The translations under genes and the position numbers were made by a program. A stretch of 64,000 bases of DNA from Eremomyces bilateralis CBS 781.70 (lineage: Eukaryota): NCBI GenBank assembly GCA_010015585.1, contig ML975180.1; one strand, given 5' to 3'. This document shows, piece after piece, positions 23,055-34,496 of this stretch (position 1 is its first letter; every line of letters begins with the position of its first letter). The notes under the pieces are model-generated. The model made no database searches. It had not been told where the DNA came from and worked only from the letters and a program-made list of their open reading frames with translations.

Positions 23055-25565
23055 CTAGTCGAGATACCGTACCTCCTTAGAAATGACATTGCAAAGCTCA
23101 ACTTTTACGCCCGCACCCGTCATTACGTGTATCCAAAGCCTCTGGTTATCGCTTAATCGATCGTTCTCGCTTTTGACTTCGACGAACATGACTTCCTTTC
23201 GGCCCATGCGCCACAGAAACAGGTCCGGCACTCCGCTTCCTCTCTGCGCGTACTCCTGGGCCATCACTTTGCATATCGTAGCCAAGGCCTCGCCATCGAA
23301 GCACACCGCGATTTCTAGCACGTCGTCAATATCAAAATTCCAATCCAATCCCACGACGCACGTCCGCTTCTCGTGGTGCTCATCGTACACGTTGCGAATC
23401 AGCCGTTCCGTGCCACCGTTCGCAATCTGCGCCAACCGCCCATTGATCTCGCTCATCCGCGCCGCATAAAACGCATCGGTGTGCAGGTCCAACGGGCATG
23501 TCTGAAAGGACGTTTGGAATACGTGAGGGACATACGCGAATAGGACATCGTAGAACAGATAGGCGAACAAGGTGCGGAGGATCCCACCTTCGGTGTGGAA
23601 GCCCTTCCATCCTTCCGAGCGATAGTGTGACAGACATAGGGACTCAACTCGGCAGAGACCGTCGTCCTCCAGGGGGTCAAGCCAGACGGTTGCGGACCCC
23701 CGCTTGCCTTCGTTATTTGGCCGGCTCGTCGACTTCTCCACACGGATCCCTGATATCGTGTTTTCGGTCGGCTTCGCGAGACGGACATGCGCAAAGTCAT
23801 GCTGTGCTCGCTTCGCGATCTTGAGTTGGCGCTCCAGTTTCGTGATCCGCTTCTGTAGGTCGTAGTGGTGGACAATGTGAACGAGAGGGTCCTGTAACCC
23901 TTCTTCGCAAGTACGCAATGCAACTCGCGTCCAGTGCTTCTTCTGCGCCGCTTCGTTGCGGCCTTCGTCTGGCATCAGATTTCGCATGTAGTGCTCCTCG
24001 AGCAACGCCTTGCGCTGATACCAAGCGCCTCGCCGCGAGGCGTGGAACAACCGCTGCTGAAGCAGGTCAGACAGAACGGCGTGCTCTCGGAGGTGCTGCT
24101 TCTGCTTCCCAAGGACGTGCACCGCTTTGTGGATGATCCGGGTATACACCCACGCCGGCGAGAGGCGCCGCAGATACGCACCCTCACCGCTGTGAAATAT
24201 GCTGTCCTCTTTCCGTTGCTCTTCCGCGAGCAACGTCTTCCATCGCGGATAGACCGCTTCGAAGGCATCTATGATATCCTGCAGAGCCTCCTCAGTCGGT
24301 CGTCCGTTGAATTCCAGAAGGTTATCGACGCGGAATTGCGCCCGAAGAGCGCTCTCGTATTCGATCAGCAACGCCCGGGAGTCGAATATGGAGGCGGACC
24401 GGGAAACAATGTAGTCCGGGAAATTGCGGCGCGAGATCCGGGAGAGAATGATGGCGGTCAGCGATTTCTCGGTCCATTCCGTAGACCGATAGAAGACCAG
24501 ATGTACCCGTTCAAACAACTTTAGAACTGGAAGGCTCAGCCGGATGCATGGACCGGTTTCTTTAAGGATCTTGTCAAGGAAATGCGCGTCGAGGTTCATA
24601 TCATTCTCAACCTTGGGCGTATTACTACCGCTTCTCGACTCCGTCGTTTCTTCCGTATTGGATCTCTTCACCCACCCGAGACCAGCCTGTTTTCGACTGG
24701 TCTTGCGAAGTGCCTGCAACAATTCGGTTTTGTTCTTGCCCTGAACTTTTGCCTCTTTCGCAAACACTTTCAGCTCATCCAGCTTCAGTAACGAAGAAGC
24801 CTCTTCGAGCGTCTTTATCTCCTGTTCTGATCGGCCGGCAAAAGTAAAGCTGCAGCCTAGTGTCATCCCTTCAGGTAACTCAAGTCCGTTGGGATGTGAC
24901 TGCTCTTCGTTTTCTACGGTCGGGAGATCTCTCACGGTTTGTAAAGTCTCAAGCGCGGACTCCAGATCCGAAATATCGCTGAAATACCCGAGGCTCGATA
25001 CTCGATGCCATGCCGACGTTTTTCGGAGGAAGAGCCTGACATAGAGGTACTGTGCCTCATAACTTAAGCTTCTCCAGATATAAAATATCGCGCGTTCTGC
25101 CTCGTTGAACAAATGGCTTTCTTCCTCTAGGACCGTTTCAAGTGCAAGATTGAAGGCATCAACGTATATTGAGCTCTGTCCAATGATCCACTTCCGTTCT
25201 TTCAATCGTCCTTCCAGTGCCTTTCGGCCCTCTTGTGACGACCGGTATGATTCGTACTCGTCAATCGCCTGTTCATCCGTCTCTATAGGAGGAAGAGCGC
25301 TTTCCAGGTCGGTCGGCTGTCGTTCGTCGTCAGGATGCTTCCCCTCGGTCTCAATATCCGAAGTAGTCTCGTCCTGGCGCTCTTCAACTTCAGGGTGCAC
25401 AAGCTGGCATACACCATTTCCAGGCTTCTCGATCTCGATGTAGGCATCCAAAGTCCGTCTCTTCTTCGTCGGTGGCTCGGATTCTCCATTGGCAGTTCCC
25501 CCGACTTCATTGCTATGGCCTAGCATACGGTTGTGGGAGGACAAAGAATGCTCTTCGAGGGGCAT
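23055..25565 (-). CDS. FAN1: Fanconi-associated nuclease 1 (VRR-NUC), intronless ORF; start could be 25529
   Basis: YLYVRLFLRK, SAP-like region, RRGAWY, CRVESLCLSHY, GWKGFHTEG, and PD-(D/E)xK nuclease GVPDLFLW...FVEVKSENDRLSDNQRLW. Confidence 0.92.
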   Translation of the reverse strand: MPLEEHSLSSHNRMLGHSNEVGGTANGESEPPTKKRRTLDAYIEIEKPGNGVCQLVHPEVEERQDETTSDIETEGKHPDDERQPTDLESALPPIETDEQAIDEYESYRSSQEGRKALEGRLKERKWIIGQSSIYVDAFNLALETVLEEESHLFNEAERAIFYIWRSLSYEAQYLYVRLFLRKTSAWHRVSSLGYFSDISDLESALETLQTVRDLPTVENEEQSHPNGLELPEGMTLGCSFTFAGRSEQEIKTLEEASSLLKLDELKVFAKEAKVQGKNKTELLQALRKTSRKQAGLGWVKRSNTEETTESRSGSNTPKVENDMNLDAHFLDKILKETGPCIRLSLPVLKLFERVHLVFYRSTEWTEKSLTAIILSRISRRNFPDYIVSRSASIFDSRALLIEYESALRAQFRVDNLLEFNGRPTEEALQDIIDAFEAVYPRWKTLLAEEQRKEDSIFHSGEGAYLRRLSPAWVYTRIIHKAVHVLGKQKQHLREHAVLSDLLQQRLFHASRRGAWYQRKALLEEHYMRNLMPDEGRNEAAQKKHWTRVALRTCEEGLQDPLVHIVHHYDLQKRITKLERQLKIAKRAQHDFAHVRLAKPTENTISGIRVEKSTSRPNNEGKRGSATVWLDPLEDDGLCRVESLCLSHYRSEGWKGFHTEGGILRTLFAYLFYDVLFAYVPHVFQTSFQTCPLDLHTDAFYAARMSEINGRLAQIANGGTERLIRNVYDEHHEKRTCVVGLDWNFDIDDVLEIAVCFDGEALATICKVMAQEYAQRGSGVPDLFLWRMGRKEVMFVEVKSENDRLSDNQRLWIHVMTGAGVKVELCNVISKEVRYLD

Positions 25566-26072
25566 ATGAAGTGTGTCGAGTTAATCGTCCCATAAGTGCG
25601 GGATATATGACCACCTTCGGCAACGTGAGATGCACCGCACCTATGCACGACAGGAAAAACTCGATCGAAAGTTGCGTTTGGGATGACAAACGATCGTAGG
25701 CTGGTTACAACGCGACGGAAAGTTGTGACGCGCTAGGCACGCGTTCTCACGAGATCCAGCATCCATTCCGTTTCGATTGTAAGGCTGAGGCAACAATAAG
25801 GCATAAAGGCCAATATCGATTCACATCACGTGTTCATGTTGCTCTAAATAATATTGGCCTTAACGCCTGAGGCATTAATATCGATCACATCTCGATCGAT
25901 GACGTACATCGTCAAACCCCCGATCGCATATGCAACATTCTTTGCTCAGGTATTTTGCAGGCATTGAGAGCCGCAGAGTTTCACAACCTCTCTCAACCAC
26001 AAGCCCACCATTCCACTGCATTTCGTAACACTCCCCTCAACCTCCACTCGTACTATTGCTGTTGGAGACAAC

Positions 26073-27766
26073 ATGGTTTCATCCCGTATGCCCAAGTGGG
26101 GGGATTCAGAGGAAGAGCCTCGAGGAAGCGGGGAAGGGCATGATCAGGATCTGTCTGCACGAGAGCCAGATGAAAGGACACGGCTCCTTGCATCACATCC
26201 ACGTCCTCCGCGGTCAGATGGGTATCTGGACCCAGACGACCCAGCCGTCAGTATCACTACCATGCTTTCCCTCCCTTCTAACAGAAAGTAGGTCTCCCCG
26301 TACAATCTGTGGACCATTCGATTCCTGCGGTATTTGACGGTATTGTTCCTATTCATCACCCTCATCTGGTGGATCCTCCTCCTGGTGTCGGTTTTCGCCT
26401 CCCCACCGGGCTTCCAATCGCGCGGCTCCGGGTTCACGCACTTCTCGTTCACATGCCTGACCATTGGAAATATCCTGGTATCTCTTTTGTTTTTTGCTTC
26501 ACCGTCCCAGGCCATGCGAATCCTGGCCGCCGTGGTCAGCTTGTTCCTCCTTGTGGATATGATCCTCATCTTGGCAGTGTCAAAGCTTCGCATTGAGGAG
26601 GGCTGGGTTGGCATTGCGTCCGTTGTATGGGCATTCCTCATATCCGTCTGGTGCATAACAGTGGATCGGGTGGTCGCGTGGGGAAAGCAGGAGGAAGAGG
26701 AGAGGCTCACCGGGAGGCCCGAGACGCGGCGAACCGCCAGAGAATGGTTGTCAGTGTTGATATCCACAATAATTCTCAGCGTTTTTATAGCGATTGTCGT
26801 TCTCCTCACGGCTACCTTAAGTCTGAGAGCCAGAGATTCGTCGTTGAGGATGCAGGGACAAAAGATTTTGGTGGATGATGGCAAGTACGCCGTCCATCTT
26901 GCCTGCGTAGGAAATGCGACCAACGCAGATGGCAAACCGATGCCAACAATATTGCTCGAGGCTGGTGAAGGTACTGTCGAATATGGTCTGGAACCGTGGG
27001 CATATAACTGTCTGAAAAATGGCACCATCTCGCGATATTGTTATTGGGACCGACCAGGCTACGTATGGTTGATCCCATCCTGTAGTGTCAATATCCACAA
27101 GACTGACGGTCTGCTTAGGCTTGGTCAGATAATGCGCCATCACCGCACTCGGCGGGAATGACGGCTCGAGCTCTGATGGAGGCGCTTGCCATAGCGGGAG
27201 AGGACGGACCCTGGGTTCTTGTTTCGGCAGGCAAAGGTAGTATTGTCAGCCGGATCTTCTCAAGCAACAACGGACACCGGGTTTCCGGACTCATGTTGAT
27301 CGATCCACTGCACGAAGACTTACTTTACAGGTTCGCATCGCCAGGCACAGGATTCTGGCTCTGGGCGTGGGGTATCATCTCACCTCTCGGTATCGATCGG
27401 CTGGTGGGTGCCTTCTTCCGCGGCCGGACCAGGGAGGACCGTATCTATGGTCGCAGTGCATACCAAAGCGGCCGGTTCATCAAGGCGGAGCTGCAGGAGA
27501 GCCTTGTGGCTGATTCATTTACCAAGCAAGACATCTCCTCTGCACGCGTTATCCAAGACCGCTCGGCTCCACTGGTCGTCATGAGTTCAGGAGTCAGGGT
27601 CCGGAAGGATTCTGCGTGGGAGAAGAAGCAGAACGACCTCACGACCATCACCGACAACCTCGTCGTCTGGGATGTGGTTCCTAAGACTCCTCACGAGATA
27701 TGGACGACTTACGACGGAAGGAAAGCCATGGAGAAAGACCTGAAGAAGCTTCTACAAGCTATTTGA
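26073..27766 (+). CDS. Conserved fungal integral membrane protein with C-terminal alpha/beta-hydrolase-like domain, 3 exons
   Basis: DERTRLL...GYLDPDDPA|VSPYNLW, about 5 TM segments, then VHLACVG, TILLEAGE, YCYWDRPG, GPWVLVSAG, LMLIDPLHE. Confidence 0.82.
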
Positions 27767-28426
27767 AGCCGACAGGAAACACACTCCAAGATCCGCTCTT
27801 GGGTAAAGTGTCCCAACTCTCACTCCTCCTCAACCCATCCATAACTTGCGTCTCTTGGTTTTGTTCTGGCCGTGTCTGCATATAGCGTGGGTTGCAATTT
27901 TCGTTTCTTTGTTTCGTCATCGTGAATGTCTTCTGGTTCTCTGCGAGCGCGTTCTGGAGGAATCGGCGCAGGCCGGCGCTATATCATTCATGTGATCTCT
28001 TGGTTTGAGGCGTGATCTAAGTGTTGAGCATTGCTTTCCCGTTCCGTTGACATCGAGAACAGTTCCGCTGTTCATGTTCAGTTGATTCATTCTGTTCATG
28101 CATGAGACATGGACTGGATTGATGGATAAAGAGCGGCGTTGGCGCCTTGCGGCCTTCACGCTAGGAAATTTAGCACCGATGCAATTTAACATTCAACCAA
28201 TCATGTTTCAACTGTCCATCTCAGCATCATTTTGCTCGACTTCACATGATGGTCTGCTGAACAGAAATATCTCCGTTCGCAGTACTACCGAATCTCCGTT
28301 TGCAATGGTACTACATACCTATCTCGCAGTCAATGCAATTTACTGTATTTAAGTCCATCCTAATCACATAGATGGTTACTTGTAGCCCCTTTGTACGTAT
28401 CTTCATGGCTTTCTTCTAGCCTCAAC

Positions 28427-30016
28427 ATGGAGAACCTATCGCTTTACACTGGTTCAGCTCTCCTCCTGGGGGCTGTCGTGATCTATGAAATCCTCATCGA
28501 TCTATCGACCCGGAAAGTCGACCCTAGAGAACCTCCCGTCCTTCGCTCGAATATTCCCTGGATTGGCCATATCTTGGGCATGATCATTCATGGCGGACGT
28601 TACACTAAAACCGTCGGGACACGCCGCAAACTCCCTATATTCACGCTTCCCACGTTGAATTCCAGGACGTATGTGGTCACTGATGCAGCGCTAGCAGCGA
28701 CGGTACAACGATCGAAATCGCTTTCATTCACGCCTTTGATCCCTATCCTTACGCAGAGGGTCCTGGGGTTGGATGACGATACGGTCAAGATCATCAGAAA
28801 GAACATTAACCGCGAAGACGGCCCTGGTGGCTTCGTTCCTGAGATGCATGACCTAGTATATTCCTCTTTGGCCCTAGGGGAGAGCTTGAACGAGCTGAGT
28901 TTGAGCGCATCGGCCCAACTTGCAACGGAGCTCACCCAGCACCTCCAGGAATCTGCGAAGAGCACGGATGGTATGGTGGTCGACTTATTGCACTGGGTGC
29001 AGCAAGTCGTGACCTATTCGACGGCCCACTTCGTCTATGGAAAAGAGAATCCAATCGCGGTAGATCCCACACTCGTCCAAAGTTTCTGGGACTTCGACCA
29101 CAACTTGGGAGGCTTGCTCGTCAACCTCATGCCTTCGATTACGGCTCGTAAGGCGTATCGTGGACGGGAGAGGCTCGCAAAAGCATTTGAAGAGTATCTT
29201 GCCAACGGCCATCATCTTTCCGGGGCGAAGATTATCCAGAAGCGCATACAGATTGCGTCTCTAGCTGGCTGGACCTTGCCTCAGATTGCCCGATCGGAGC
29301 TATCATTCTTCTTTGCAGCAGTGGTCAACACCGCCATTACCAGCTTCTGGGTCATTCTCCATATTTATGCTCGTCCCGAAATGCTCCGTGAGATCCGAGA
29401 GGGGATCATGGGAAATGCCGTGACGGGACAAAACATCAGTATCGAGCGGTTACGAAACAACTTTCCGCTCCTCCTCGCTGTGTACCGGGAAGCCTTACGT
29501 TTGGGCTCGGACAACTTTTCTACCCGTCTAGTCTTGCAAGACACCATCCTTGCAGACCGATATTTTCTTCAATCTGGGTCAATCGTGCAGATATCCGCTG
29601 GTATCATGCATGGCGCGAAGGACATCTGGGGTGACGATGCTGACCAATTTAATCCATCCCGATTTCTGGACTCCTCTAATGGAACCCTTTCAGCCACGAC
29701 GTCGGAAAAACCGACTTCAAAAACCGGAGCCTCGACACCAATACCAAAAATCCATCCAGCGGCATTTCGAGCATTCGGTGGAGGCGCCACACTCTGCCCC
29801 GGCAGGCACTTTGCAACCAACGAGATTCTCAGCTTTGTCGCTCTCGTAATCCTCCAGTTCGACATATCCAGGTGTGGATCTGCTTCTGAGCCCCTTGCTA
29901 TTCCACCAAAGAAGGACAATGTATTGCCCGTCCACATCCTTGAGCCTGCAAAAGACGTTCGAGCAAGGATCAAACCGCGACAACTCATCGGACCACGGTT
30001 CAAAGTAGTCTTGTGA
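28427..30016 (+). CDS. Cytochrome P450 (CYP7/CYP8-like clan), intronless
   Basis: N-terminal TM anchor plus EPP..IPWIGH, I-helix AAVVNT, EALR (ExxR), FNPSRF and heme motif FGGGATLCPGRHF. Confidence 0.93.
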   Translation: MENLSLYTGSALLLGAVVIYEILIDLSTRKVDPREPPVLRSNIPWIGHILGMIIHGGRYTKTVGTRRKLPIFTLPTLNSRTYVVTDAALAATVQRSKSLSFTPLIPILTQRVLGLDDDTVKIIRKNINREDGPGGFVPEMHDLVYSSLALGESLNELSLSASAQLATELTQHLQESAKSTDGMVVDLLHWVQQVVTYSTAHFVYGKENPIAVDPTLVQSFWDFDHNLGGLLVNLMPSITARKAYRGRERLAKAFEEYLANGHHLSGAKIIQKRIQIASLAGWTLPQIARSELSFFFAAVVNTAITSFWVILHIYARPEMLREIREGIMGNAVTGQNISIERLRNNFPLLLAVYREALRLGSDNFSTRLVLQDTILADRYFLQSGSIVQISAGIMHGAKDIWGDDADQFNPSRFLDSSNGTLSATTSEKPTSKTGASTPIPKIHPAAFRAFGGGATLCPGRHFATNEILSFVALVILQFDISRCGSASEPLAIPPKKDNVLPVHILEPAKDVRARIKPRQLIGPRFKVVL

Positions 30017-30670
30017 TGTTGTTGGATACACTGTGGTTCCCAAAACTCTGGAATGTCTTTCGACGCCCACGACGACCATCCATTCCGTTCCTGCCTGAAT
30101 TTATCAGCCTGGGTGTAGTGGAGAATCGAACGATACATTGCCTATTTTGGCTATTGTTGATCTTGACAATGGTCACTTGGTTGAATAAGACTGAATGAGC
30201 ACTGATATTGTTGACTTGGCTATGCCTGCGATGGAGGTAATTGGAGTAAGTGAGAATATGGGAGTCATTCTCTTTTATTCCGAAGATGAACTCAAATCCA
30301 GCAAATTTGGAAGTCATGTTATTGATACTCGGACCTTACGTGTAAATGGCAGGCTGAATAGTCATCAGTGCGATAAGAGTTGCTCAGGGTCTCTTGTGTT
30401 GCAAATCATTGTGAATAACGCGGACAACAAACCACATGTCAAAGATGATCTTCAATTCACCCATTCACTTGGATTGCTATCACTTGCCGCACTGTCCGTT
30501 TCTTCTTCTACCCTCATCTTGCTAAATTTTCATACCTCATCCACCTCACACTCTTACCCTCACTTTTCCGAGGTCTCGTTGAAACCTCCATCCCTTTCTC
30601 ACCTATTATCCTCTCCGACCTCCTTGATCCAAGCTCATCGCGATCGATAACCTGCTCAGACGCCATCGCC

Positions 30671-32866
30671 ATGTCGTCTGGAGTAAACAGATCTGCTCCG
30701 AGCGTCAACCCACTTAACGGACCCAATCCTCGTCCTCCTCGAGCACCGACGATGCAATCGGCTGGGTTGCCCGGTGGAGGACAGCCCGAGAATCTCAAGG
30801 TCAAATACGTCCCGCCGATCACTCCAGCCGAGAAGGCACAGTTCGCGAAATATTTGAAGAGCCAGAGGATCTTTCCCAAACAACTGAAAATTACCGACTC
30901 CAAAAAGATCTATGCGAAACAGCTGTACCTTGGACCTTCGGCGTTCCCAGCTCAGGATTCCTCAGGCCGTTCGGTCCAAATGTATGCTGTCTTCATCTTC
31001 AGCAATGGGTTTCATGGCGCGATGGCCGCGGGGACTGTGCCCCCAGGTGGCATGGACAACTTCCACTATGGGTTGCTTTCGACCTTTCCGTGCAGTCTGC
31101 ACCCAGGCCAGAACCACTCTCACTTGGCCAATGTCCCCCTGTCACTGATCATGAGTGGGAATCCTCCTCCGCGGCACATCTACCTCTTCAACACCCAGGC
31201 GATCTCCCAAGTCAACGTCGCGGGGCCTGGCTTCGCGTATCAACAGCCCCATCTGTTCCGGATCATGAACAATCCCATGCAGCCGAACAACCACAACGCT
31301 CCGCCAGGAGCGGGTACTCTCGCCCTCACTGGCGGTCAGATGCAACTCAACTTACATGCGAATGTTCTAAATGGCAACCAACAAGTGATCAACCCGACGA
31401 TGAACCAGCTTCCGAATATCGCAAACCCTCCGCACCTTCTTCAGCCGCAGCCTGGGCCGTTCGCTGCTCTCTTGAATCAAAATGCCCCGAACCCGCTCCA
31501 GCAAGCCGCGACCATTGTCCAGAACCAAGCCGGCGGTGCGGTCCAGCAGCATGTCGGCACGGCAATGCAGCAGCAAGGTGGTGGACATGCTCCCCAGAAC
31601 CCAGGGCAGCCTACCCATGGTCACGTTGGTCAAGCTGCTGCTCATCACCAGGGGCATCCGGCGTATCACGCTGGCACCAACACTACTCATCAACAAGGGA
31701 CTACAGTTCCTCATAACTCGGAGCATCCTACCCATAGCAACACCCAACAGTCAGGATCGATTGCTTCGGCGCAGCGAGGCCGTGGTAGCGGAGTTGCTTC
31801 TTCGTCGCGGGGACGTGGTGGCGGAGTTGCTTCTTCGTCGAGGGGTCGTGGCGGCAGAGTTGCTTCCTCCAGGCGTCGTCCTCGTCCCAGCAATGCTGCA
31901 GGTGGACCACCTCGACCGACTCAGTCCAACCGCGCTTCGAATGCCATGGCAGCTCCACACTCGAATGTGGCGTCCTGTGCGTCGTCATCAACCCGGTTCA
32001 AGGCCATCAACCAATCTACAAACTCGCAATACGATGCGGAGAGCGACTCGCCTCTCTCGTCGGTCCCGGACACGGACGAAGACATGGCGGACAATGGAGA
32101 AGGTTCGGCGTACCCGGGTTCAAAATTCACTCCGATCAACAAGCCGGTGGTGGAACATGCTCCTCTCGGGGGGGGGGGACCGATTGATCCGGATAGGATG
32201 GAGGTTGATGAGTCGGTATCTTCTGAATATGACCCTGAATCCGATCAGGATGATTACCCGGATTGCATTATTCAACGTCGAGTCAGGGACGAGTACGGCA
32301 ACAAGGTCGTGGTTATCAAACGGGGCTCCACCAACCACTTGGAGAGCGCATCGGATACCGATGATCATCCTCTGTCGTCGATTTATGCAGCAAAGCGGAA
32401 GGCGGCGGAAGCGAAGACACCAGCGAGTCGGCGTACCATCCGCGCTCCATCCTCCGAGTTGTCGCCCACGGAGTCATCCGACGGGGAAAGCATGATTTCC
32501 GCTGGACCCCGAATGACGGAGGGAGGGGCAACTATGGCATCCCTTCGCGACGAATTCGAACTCAAACACGGTGACCAGGTTACGGGACCCGGGTTCCGTG
32601 CGATCACTGGCAATGGACCCACCGCAACAGGTCAGCGTGACAAGGCCATGTCGGCGAAGAGGGGAGGAAAGAAGCCGGTGGTTTCGTGGAGAGATGAGGT
32701 GGAGGAGGAGCTCGATACGGCCTTTAGCATGTTCTCGATGTCGAAAACTGAGAGGCAGAAGACTGTTGACAGCGGCAAGGGAGGGGAAGCCGAGCCCCCG
32801 ACACCGATGGTGTCGCGATCGTTTCGTGATCGAAAAGCAGGCCGTGCCCGTAGCAAGCGCGTGTGA
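30671..32866 (+). CDS. Hypothetical 731-aa low-complexity protein (Q/N/H-rich, RG repeats, acidic tracts)
   Basis: Long uninterrupted ORF with a good start context (gccATGt) and a pyrimidine-rich upstream region. No recognisable domain. Confidence 0.65.
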   Translation: MSSGVNRSAPSVNPLNGPNPRPPRAPTMQSAGLPGGGQPENLKVKYVPPITPAEKAQFAKYLKSQRIFPKQLKITDSKKIYAKQLYLGPSAFPAQDSSGRSVQMYAVFIFSNGFHGAMAAGTVPPGGMDNFHYGLLSTFPCSLHPGQNHSHLANVPLSLIMSGNPPPRHIYLFNTQAISQVNVAGPGFAYQQPHLFRIMNNPMQPNNHNAPPGAGTLALTGGQMQLNLHANVLNGNQQVINPTMNQLPNIANPPHLLQPQPGPFAALLNQNAPNPLQQAATIVQNQAGGAVQQHVGTAMQQQGGGHAPQNPGQPTHGHVGQAAAHHQGHPAYHAGTNTTHQQGTTVPHNSEHPTHSNTQQSGSIASAQRGRGSGVASSSRGRGGGVASSSRGRGGRVASSRRRPRPSNAAGGPPRPTQSNRASNAMAAPHSNVASCASSSTRFKAINQSTNSQYDAESDSPLSSVPDTDEDMADNGEGSAYPGSKFTPINKPVVEHAPLGGGGPIDPDRMEVDESVSSEYDPESDQDDYPDCIIQRRVRDEYGNKVVVIKRGSTNHLESASDTDDHPLSSIYAAKRKAAEAKTPASRRTIRAPSSELSPTESSDGESMISAGPRMTEGGATMASLRDEFELKHGDQVTGPGFRAITGNGPTATGQRDKAMSAKRGGKKPVVSWRDEVEEELDTAFSMFSMSKTERQKTVDSGKGGEAEPPTPMVSRSFRDRKAGRARSKRV
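31775..31873 (+). repeat. 33-bp coding tandem repeat x3 (RGRG[S/G][G/R]VASS[S/R])
   Basis: Units start at 31775, 31808 and 31841 and share the core GAGTTGCTTC. Confidence 0.85.
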
Positions 32867-33168
32867 TGTAATTGGAGAGTCAATTGAATGCAAAGGCGAG
32901 TGAGGGAGACGGCGTAGTTCCTATTGGGAGTTCGGGCAAGATGATGGGATTGGGGGTGTTGAGCGATACACCTTAGGGTCGTTGGAGGAGCAAATCGATT
33001 CAAGCACAAAACTGGAACATAGCACCAGGAACTTCTTGTACCTAATTAGGTACCTACTTTGTTGCAAGGTCGGTTTTACCTGACTCTGCTCTCCTCCGTA
33101 GATGAAAATGAAACTCGTTCCAATATTCTAGCAGTCTATGGCATATTGCGATCCGAGGAGGGCGCATA

Positions 33169-34190
33169 TCATGAGTCTAGCCGTCCTTGGAATCCATTGT
33201 CCAGAATGTCGATGAGTTCATCCAATCTACTCGCAAAAATCCATGAGCAAAGCGCTTGTTTCAGGGGAACTACCGAGAAGAAGCTTACCTGCGTATCGTT
33301 AAATCCGTATGCTCATGATCCGCCAGCACCTGATTCGTCTCGTTCATTAGGAGTACCGTCGCCGCACCAGCCCGATAACCGGCCGTCATATCATCCAAGC
33401 TGTCTCCGACCATTATCACGCTTGCTGCACCATCGAGGCCCCATTCCGACGCGATATGAAGGATACCTGCAGGATCCGGCTTTGCCGGTCTGAATTCTCG
33501 TGTCACTATTGGATGAAAGTGGTGCTCGGTGAGGTATCGTCCAAGCAGATGGTTGACCGGGCCGCTATGGAAATTAGTGATTGCTGTAGCCGCTTCCTCG
33601 TCGAATGCTCGTACTCAAAGTTCCGGGTGCAAATCGCTTTGGGGATGCCCTTCGATTCGATATACGCCATCAGCATTATAAGTCCAGCTTGCGGTTTCTG
33701 TAGCGTCATCGCTTGCCGTTCGATTGCACGGATCTTCTCCATGGCAATTTCCTGTTCTTCGTCGGGTAGCGAGTAGATATGGTCGAGGATATCGGTCGGT
33801 TTCTCGATTCCAAGAGCATTCCTAGGCCACCCTCAGCTTTAACCCTATATAACAATGGCCATTGTTCATACCGCATCTCGCCGAACATGTAGTTCTGTGG
33901 CTCGCCTGGATCAGAAGCACATTAGAGGAGAGCAATGACGGATATATGATTGGGCAGCACGGAATTTTCAAAAACCAATCGACTGAAAATCTAATAAATA
34001 AGACAGACTGAATACGAATAATAAATGCGGCTTATTATATACGCTTCAAAGAGGAATCCGACATACAGAGTGTCCCGTCCATGTCAAATATTATGCCTCT
34101 CAAAGGTTTGAACTCCGTCCCTCCCGCATGAGCTTCAGCTGGCTGCTCGAGCGGAGCAAAGCGCCTCGGCCGAGAATGAGCTTGTGCCAT
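33169..34190 (-). CDS. HAD-superfamily hydrolase (YOR131C-like), multi-exon
   Basis: IIFDMDGTLC motif I, AICTRN motif II, FRPAKPDPAG motif III, MVGDSLDDM motif IV. Last exon is LDELIDILDNGFQGRLDS*. Confidence 0.9.
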
Positions 34191-34496
34191 AGTAGCGAAT
34201 CTTCTCAAGAAGAGCATACAGCAGCAGAGTATGAGTCTTATCGTGTTATGCTCTGGAGGGGGGATGAAGACATCAAGTTCACCAATCACAGATGGTGTGT
34301 GAGTTGATGTGATACGGCGGACGAAGCGGCAATTCGCGCACTCCGAGTTCCTATTTATCAACATCAGCGGTTTTCCGGTTTGATGGCCAACTCGCCACTG
34401 TCGTTCCTCCCAACTCTCAAGCTATTTCTCTTGCCAAACCTATACGGAACCCTGGCTTAAATGCACTGAAGACAATTGAAGATTCATATGTTACGC

